Shown piece after piece: positions 58,790-64,000 of a stretch of 64,000 nt of DNA (position 1 is the first letter of the stretch; each line of letters begins with the position of its first letter). Location: assembly GCA_028825115.1 (NCBI GenBank), contig JAPKAV010000002.1, forward strand, positions 126,604-190,603, given 5' to 3'. The translations under genes and the position numbers were made by a program. A model generated the notes under the pieces. It was not told the origin of the DNA. It was given only the letters and a program-made list of their open reading frames with translations, and ran no database searches. Source of the DNA: Candidatus Nanopelagicales bacterium. Lineage in GTDB: Bacteria; Actinomycetota; Actinomycetes; S36-B12.

Positions 58790-59176
58790 ATGCCAAAGCT
58801 GCTTCCCCTGCTCGAACATGTGGTCAAAAAGCCAATCTGGGATTGTCGGATGTGTGGGCAGTGCGTTCTCCATTCAACCGGCATGACCTGTCCCATGACC
58901 TGCCCGAAGACTTTGCGAAACGGTCCATGTGGAGGGGTTCGACCAGACGGCAACTGTGAAGTCGTTCCCGAAATGCCATGTGTCTGGGTAAAAGCCCATG
59001 ACCGCAGTCAACACATGCCATTAATCCCCAAGAAATGGCGCGATGAGTTCAATCATTTGCGGCCACCGGTAAATAACGCATTACAGGGTGAGTCGTCGTG
59101 GATCAACCTGATTAACGGCAAGGATCAACAAACTCCAGCCGGCTGGGTTCCGGGAGAAGAGCGCCATGAGCACTGA
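58790..59176 (+). CDS. MetV-like protein (methylene-THF reductase C-terminal-like Cys-rich domain)
   Basis: 128-aa ORF with CRMCGQCVLHSTGMTCPMTCPKTLRNGPCGG and further Cys residues. It overlaps the next gene by 11 nt. Confidence 0.8.
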   Translation: MPKLLPLLEHVVKKPIWDCRMCGQCVLHSTGMTCPMTCPKTLRNGPCGGVRPDGNCEVVPEMPCVWVKAHDRSQHMPLIPKKWRDEFNHLRPPVNNALQGESSWINLINGKDQQTPAGWVPGEERHEH

Positions 59177-60146
59177 GCCAAGCAATAATGACTCCCACAG
59201 TATTAATGTGTTTGAGGAGCTGTGCCTAAGTCGGGCGCGGCCCGTGATGACCGCAGAATTACGCTCATTTGACGGCGAAAATTTAGCCGTCGTCGAAAAG
59301 GAACTCACAGAACTCACGCCCTACATCGATGGAATCAACATCACCGATAACCCCGCAGCGCATGCACATGCAAGTAACACCGCCATGGCTATTGCGGTAA
59401 AGACCTTGGGCGGGAACCCAATCATGCAAATCGTGTGCCGCGATAAAAATCGACTCGCAATTCAGGCGGATTTGGTTGGCGCCGGCATGTTTGGCGTCGA
59501 AAATTTCTGTGCACTTACCGGCGACGACGTGACTGCCGGCGACGAAAAAGAAGCGCGTCGCGTATTTGACCTCGACGGACCGCAGTTGGTCTCTGTCATG
59601 ACCGGAATCTCACAGGGCAGTTACCTTTCAGGACGCAAGTTGAAAAGTGAACCGCACATGTTTATTGGGGCCGTTGAAAACCCCACGGCTCCTCCGCTGG
59701 ATTACCGGGTTGATCGTGCGCTAAAGAAAGTTGACGCCGGTGCAAAATTTATCCAATTGCAGATCTGCTATCAACCCGAAAAGCTGGAACACTTTATAAG
59801 AGGATGCGTTCTCAATGGCGTTGCGGAGCGCGCCGCGCTGCTGCCCACCGTAGTTTTCACCAAGAGCGCCCGCCCGCTCGGCTTTATGGATACTTCAGTC
59901 CCTGGAATCAGCGTCCCAAAGGCAGTCATCGATCGGGTCGCCAACAGCGAGGATCAAGCTGAAGAGTCCTACCAATTAGTGAAAGAACAAGTCATTTACG
60001 CACTAGGACTCCCTGGTGTTGCTGGAATTCACTTCTCTGATTTTCGCCATGACGGGAGCCTGCAAAGAATGCTTCAAGAATTAGGGCTGGGCCCCAAGGG
60101 ACACGATCGGCAACCGAAGGAGGATAAAAATGCATACAGTCATTAG
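59166..60146 (+). CDS. metF: methylenetetrahydrofolate reductase (MetF family, acetogen-type)
   Basis: 326-aa ORF with ITDNPAAHAH, VCRDKNRLAIQADLVGA and NFCALTGDD motifs of the MTHFR TIM barrel. Confidence 0.85.
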   Translation: MSTEPSNNDSHSINVFEELCLSRARPVMTAELRSFDGENLAVVEKELTELTPYIDGINITDNPAAHAHASNTAMAIAVKTLGGNPIMQIVCRDKNRLAIQADLVGAGMFGVENFCALTGDDVTAGDEKEARRVFDLDGPQLVSVMTGISQGSYLSGRKLKSEPHMFIGAVENPTAPPLDYRVDRALKKVDAGAKFIQLQICYQPEKLEHFIRGCVLNGVAERAALLPTVVFTKSARPLGFMDTSVPGISVPKAVIDRVANSEDQAEESYQLVKEQVIYALGLPGVAGIHFSDFRHDGSLQRMLQELGLGPKGHDRQPKEDKNAYSH

Positions 60147-60990
60147 TTCACCGAATAAGACCGTCACCATTGGATGTGACCAACCATTTTGCATTATTGG
60201 CGAACGCATCAACCCAACCGGACGCAAAAAGTTTCAGGAGCAGTTGCGTGCTGGTGATCTGTCATCCGTTGAAATTGATGTGCACGCCCAGATCGCCGGC
60301 GGAGCCACCATGCTTGACGTCAACATGGGTGCGCCCTTCGTTGACGAACCTCAGATGCTTGCCAACGCGATTAAATTGATTCAATCCATCACGGATCTGC
60401 CCCTGTGTATTGACTCTTCGGTGTTTGAAGCCCTTGAAGCCGGGTTGGCTGCCTACGAAGGCAAGGCGCTGATCAACTCGGTCACCGCCGAGGACGAACG
60501 TATGGCAATGATTTTTCCGCTAGTCAAAAAATATGGTGGCGCGATCATTGCTCTGCCTAATGACGAATTCGAAATCCCTGACGCACCGGAACGACGCCTC
60601 GAACTTGTTGACCACATAGTTCGCACGGCGACCGACAAGTACGGGATTCCCATTGAAGATATTGTGATTGATCCACTCGCAATGCCCATCGGAGCAGACT
60701 CCACCATGGTTGTTCGCACTTTGGAAACAATTGAAATGATTCGACAAAAGTACGGCCTCAACACGACCCTGGGCGCATCCAACGTTTCCTTCGGCATGCC
60801 GGATCGACACACTTTGAACTCCGTTTTTATTCCAATGGCCATGCAGTCCGGTCTCACTAGCGCGATCATGGATTCCCGAACTGGCCAAATCGTGACGGCG
60901 GTCCGCGCAGCAGACCTGATGAAAGGCAATGACGAATGGGGTGCAAATTGGATTGCGGCACACCGAGCAAAAATTGCACAAGCTAGTTAG
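60130..60990 (+). CDS. methyltetrahydrofolate:corrinoid methyltransferase (pterin-binding domain, MtgA/MtqA/AcsE-like)
   Basis: AAGGAGGA RBS and a 17-nt overlap with metF. The IIGERINPTGRKKF and LCIDSS motifs are those of pterin-binding methyltransferases. Confidence 0.85.
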   Translation: MHTVISSPNKTVTIGCDQPFCIIGERINPTGRKKFQEQLRAGDLSSVEIDVHAQIAGGATMLDVNMGAPFVDEPQMLANAIKLIQSITDLPLCIDSSVFEALEAGLAAYEGKALINSVTAEDERMAMIFPLVKKYGGAIIALPNDEFEIPDAPERRLELVDHIVRTATDKYGIPIEDIVIDPLAMPIGADSTMVVRTLETIEMIRQKYGLNTTLGASNVSFGMPDRHTLNSVFIPMAMQSGLTSAIMDSRTGQIVTAVRAADLMKGNDEWGANWIAAHRAKIAQAS

Positions 60991-61038
60991 CGGGCGTGGC
61001 AATGCACGAGAATCCGTTGAGATAGAGAGGGTGGCTAC

Positions 61039-62931
61039 GTGACTAACTCCTTCGCCCCTTTCGGCTCCTTGAATGAGGAGTCCACAAACGCTCACATGGA
61101 TTCGCCGCTCGTACGGGTAGACATCAGTTTTGAACCCAGTAATAAAACTGTTCGAGTACCCACCGGTGTCTCGGTCTTTGATGCCGCAAGCTGGAATGGC
61201 TTGGCCATCGACTCAACGTGTGGTGGAAATGGGACATGTAAAAAGTGCAAGGTCCAAATCCTTGAAGGCAGTGTCCCAGTCACCAATCTGGATTGGCGGG
61301 CTTTCAAGCAAGAAGAACTCGATGCCGGTTGGCGCCTAGCTTGTGTCTCCCATGCAACGAACACACTTAAGGTGAGCGTTCCTCCGCTCACCACTCGCCC
61401 GAAAGCGTCGACCGTGGGTGTGGGGCGCCAGGTGATTCTGCGACCGTCAGTTATTAAACGTTTTATTGAGGTAGTAGAACCCTCGTTGACGGATCAGCGC
61501 TCTGATTTGCGGCGCGTCCTTGACGAGATTGACGACCTCACCGTAAACATCGATCCGCAACTGATTAAAGAACTGCCCAAAGTGTTGCGCTGTTCAGAAT
61601 ACAAAGTCACCTGCGTAGTTGTGGCCGATAAGTTGATTGCCATTGAGCCGGGTGATACAACTGCGGCGCTTTACGCAATTGCCTACGATCTAGGAACTAC
61701 CACGGTTGTGGCCTCACTGATGGATCTGTCAACCGGTACGCCAATGGCTGTCGCCTCTATGCTCAACAAGCAGCAGCCATTCGGCGCTGATGTGATCAGC
61801 CGAATCAGTGCCACCATGCTTGACGAAGACGCATTGGACAAGCTACAAGAGCTGGCACATACGACTCTGGGTGATCTCACCAACGAAGTGTGCGCTGAAG
61901 CTGGAATAGCCCCTGAAGAAGTTTTTGAAATCGCTATCGCCGGCAATGCAACGATGGTGCAAATCGCTCTAGGAATCGACCCTGAGCCGCTTGGCGTCGC
62001 TCCTTTCATAATGGCAACCGAGAGCTATCCCACGTACTTAGCGAACGAACTTGGCGTGTTTTTACACCCGCGTGCGCGCGCCTACCTCTTCCCCGCCCTC
62101 GGCGCCTACGTGGGTGGAGACATTATTTCTGGGGCGTTGGCCACAGGAATGGATCGGGACAAACGGATTCGACTGTTTATCGATATTGGCACTAACTGTG
62201 AACTCGTTCTTGGAGATGGAGAGAGACTAATTGCAACAGCTGCTCCTGCCGGACCGGCGTTCGAGGCCGCATCGATTCGGTGCGGAATGCGGGCAGCAGC
62301 CGGCGCGGTTGAAGTAGTCACTATTACCGATACTGATGTCCTGCTTGAGGTGATTGAAGACGCCGAGCCAATTGGACTCTGCGGGTCGGGCCTGGTCGAT
62401 GCGGTGGCCGAACTGGCCAAAATGGGGATCGCCGACCCCTCCGGCCGTTTTATTACCGATGAGGCCATGAAAGACAAGTGGTCCGCACTCGCTCACCGGC
62501 TGGTCACAATTGACAAGGAACGCGTGTTCATTCTTTCATTTAATGACAACAATGAAGCGGGGGTGTTTCTCTCGCAGCGTGATGTCCGCGAACTCCAGTT
62601 CGCCAAGGCGGCAATTTCCACCGGTTGGAAAATGCTTCTCGAGGAATTTGGGGTCGCTGAGGAAGATATCGCGCAAGTTTTACTCGCCGGATCCTTCGGC
62701 ACTTACCTGTCGGCCACAAACGCAATCGCGATCGGGTTAGTTCCCAAAATTCCTGCTCTACGAGTAATCAGCGCCGGCAATGTGGCCGGAGAAGGTGCAA
62801 AAATGGTTCTCCTTTCTGGCCCGGAGCGCAATGGCGCCACCACGTTAATGCGCGAAATCGCCTATTTGGAGCTCTCGGATCGCACTGATTTCAATGATCG
62901 GTTTGTCGATGAGCTCGCTTTTCCGATTTAG
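61039..62931 (+). CDS. RACo-type corrinoid reductive activase ([2Fe-2S] ferredoxin domain and ASKHA ATPase domain)
   Basis: N-terminal CGGNGTCKKCKV...LAC plant-type ferredoxin pattern, followed by a long ASKHA/DUF4445-like region (DLGTTTVV, DIGTNCELV). The start is ambiguous between GTG 61039 and ATG 61096. Confidence 0.85.
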   Translation: MTNSFAPFGSLNEESTNAHMDSPLVRVDISFEPSNKTVRVPTGVSVFDAASWNGLAIDSTCGGNGTCKKCKVQILEGSVPVTNLDWRAFKQEELDAGWRLACVSHATNTLKVSVPPLTTRPKASTVGVGRQVILRPSVIKRFIEVVEPSLTDQRSDLRRVLDEIDDLTVNIDPQLIKELPKVLRCSEYKVTCVVVADKLIAIEPGDTTAALYAIAYDLGTTTVVASLMDLSTGTPMAVASMLNKQQPFGADVISRISATMLDEDALDKLQELAHTTLGDLTNEVCAEAGIAPEEVFEIAIAGNATMVQIALGIDPEPLGVAPFIMATESYPTYLANELGVFLHPRARAYLFPALGAYVGGDIISGALATGMDRDKRIRLFIDIGTNCELVLGDGERLIATAAPAGPAFEAASIRCGMRAAAGAVEVVTITDTDVLLEVIEDAEPIGLCGSGLVDAVAELAKMGIADPSGRFITDEAMKDKWSALAHRLVTIDKERVFILSFNDNNEAGVFLSQRDVRELQFAKAAISTGWKMLLEEFGVAEEDIAQVLLAGSFGTYLSATNAIAIGLVPKIPALRVISAGNVAGEGAKMVLLSGPERNGATTLMREIAYLELSDRTDFNDRFVDELAFPI

Positions 62932-62994
62932 ACCACAAAAACTATTTTCTAAAATGGGATATAAGTGCAACGAGTTCTGATATATCATAAAAAC

Positions 62995-63624
62995 ATGGGT
63001 AACTCTCTGGCTAATCAGGCCTATACGAGTATCCGCCGCCTAATTGTTACCGCAGAACTGCCGCCCGGTGCTGTGCTATCAGAATCTGAGCTACAAAATT
63101 CCCTTGGCTTTGGACGCACGCCCATCCGAGAAGCGCTACGAACTTTGGCGACTGACCATCTCGTTGATGTCTATCCTCGACGCGGCATGTTCGTGGCAGG
63201 GATCGACGTTCGCGACCTGCGGGCACTCAGCGAAGTACGTTCTGTTCTTGAACCCTTTGCCGCAGGCGTTGCCGCCGAAAGACGTGACGATGGTGACGTT
63301 GCCGCGATCGACCAGCTGCTCGCTGAAATCCGAGTTCACAAGACAATGGATGTTCGGACGTTAATAGATCTCGATGAACGAATTCATCATCAGGTGTACG
63401 CCGCAACGCACAATTCATTTTTGATCTCTGATCTCAACCGCTACTACACCCACGCTCTTCGCATCTGGCTCCTGGCTTTGGACAATGTTACAAACCTGGG
63501 TGAAGCTGTTGCAGAACACTCAGAGTTGCTTTCCGCCATTCGGGATTCAAATGTTGATCTTGCGGTAAAAATTATGACCAGCCACATTAATGATTTTGAA
63601 GATGAAATGCGCAAGGCTCTGTAA
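62995..63624 (+). CDS. GntR-family (FadR/FCD-type) transcriptional regulator
   Basis: wHTH (SESELQNSLGFGRTPIREALRTLATDHLV) plus an FCD-like C-terminal domain. The ORF opens at 62965. Confidence 0.9.
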   Translation: MGNSLANQAYTSIRRLIVTAELPPGAVLSESELQNSLGFGRTPIREALRTLATDHLVDVYPRRGMFVAGIDVRDLRALSEVRSVLEPFAAGVAAERRDDGDVAAIDQLLAEIRVHKTMDVRTLIDLDERIHHQVYAATHNSFLISDLNRYYTHALRIWLLALDNVTNLGEAVAEHSELLSAIRDSNVDLAVKIMTSHINDFEDEMRKAL

Positions 63625-63671
63625 TACCTAAAGCACACGCCCAGTGAAACCGAATCAGTAAAGGAAACGCG

Positions 63672-64000
63672 ATGAGTGTACTGCCATCAAAGGCCAAGGT
63701 AGTAGTAATCGGCGCAGGAATTGTGGGCAACTCTGTTGTCTATCATTTGGCGAAGCTCGGGTGGAAAGACATCGTGCAGGTTGACAAAGGACCATTGCCT
63801 AACCCCGGTGGGTCGACCGGACATGCATCAAACTTCATTTTTCCCGTGGATCACTCAAAGGAAATATCGGAATTAACCCTAGACAGTATGCGCCAATACA
63901 AGGAGTTCGGCGTTTTCGTTGAATCTGGCGGTATTGAAGTGGCACGCACTCCAGAACGCATGCAGGAATTGCAACGAAGGTTGCAGTCAGCCCGAGCGTT
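63672..64000 (+). CDS. FAD-dependent oxidoreductase, dimethylglycine-oxidase-like, N-terminal fragment running off the right edge
   Basis: Own translation gives MSVLPSKAKVVVIGAGIVGNSVVYHLAKLGWKDIVQVDKGPLPNPGGSTGHASNFIFP... It has a GxGxxG FAD motif, and the GPL..PGGST.HA segment resembles the covalent-flavin region of Arthrobacter dimethylglycine oxidase. An AAGGAAA RBS lies upstream. Confidence 0.75.
   Translation, partial: MSVLPSKAKVVVIGAGIVGNSVVYHLAKLGWKDIVQVDKGPLPNPGGSTGHASNFIFPVDHSKEISELTLDSMRQYKEFGVFVESGGIEVARTPERMQELQRRLQSARA

Noticed and set aside
1-64000. Search for CRISPR arrays, transposases/integrases, prophage genes, toxin-antitoxin pairs, tRNA/rRNA genes and defence systems.
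   Set aside because: No spaced direct-repeat array was seen. No DDE/tyrosine/serine recombinase-like or phage-like translation was seen. No intergenic region has tRNA-like sequence. The only repeats are the 19-bp triplication at 1003-1059 and short operator-like motifs.

Overview
This window is a gene-dense, moderately GC-rich stretch of an actinobacterial chromosome. Many genes are separated by short spacers or overlap at their start/stop codons. The taxonomic call rests on marker content and synteny: sepH, the DUF3159-OB-DUF3710-dut block, lysM<>lexA, nrdR-nrdJ, a second type II topoisomerase pair next to the principal sigma factor, and a SAM-IV riboswitch on metY-metX. A small-genome Micrococcales-like lineage is my unverified guess.

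I call about 65 CDS. Almost all are housekeeping:
- fatty-acid beta-oxidation (crotonase, fadA, fadB)
- msrB, RNase D, dxs, aconitase
- an RNA methyltransferase
- an APC permease with two TrkA-like proteins
- dut, tdk, topoisomerase IV-like subunits
- principal sigma factor, methionine biosynthesis, class II RNR with NrdR, LexA, a DinG-like helicase, HflX

I recognised no rRNA, tRNA, CRISPR array, transposase, integrase or phage gene.

The most interesting part is the right-hand 8 kb (55.7-64.0 kb). A non-pyrrolysine MttB-family methyltransferase is transcribed divergently from a tightly coupled operon. That operon encodes an IclR regulator, a B12-binding corrinoid protein, a MetV/MetF-type methylene-THF reductase, a methyl-THF:corrinoid methyltransferase and a RACo-type reductive activase. 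A GntR regulator and a dimethylglycine-oxidase-like flavoprotein follow. Together this is a complete corrinoid-dependent quaternary-amine (glycine-betaine-like) demethylation module in an otherwise aerobic-looking streamlined actinobacterium.

Other notable items:
- a high-confidence SAM-IV riboswitch with a terminator-like expression platform
- a decayed psuG pseudogene
- a candidate frameshifted Cys-rich exported protein
- a 24-bp perfect palindrome in front of acn
- a 3x19-bp tandem repeat spanning two convergent stop codons
- two SOS boxes
- a three-half-site operator in the mttB/iclR spacer
- a sepH homologue that appears to need a non-ATG/GTG/TTG start

All family assignments come from reading motifs in the supplied translations and from memory of the families. 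No database search was run.
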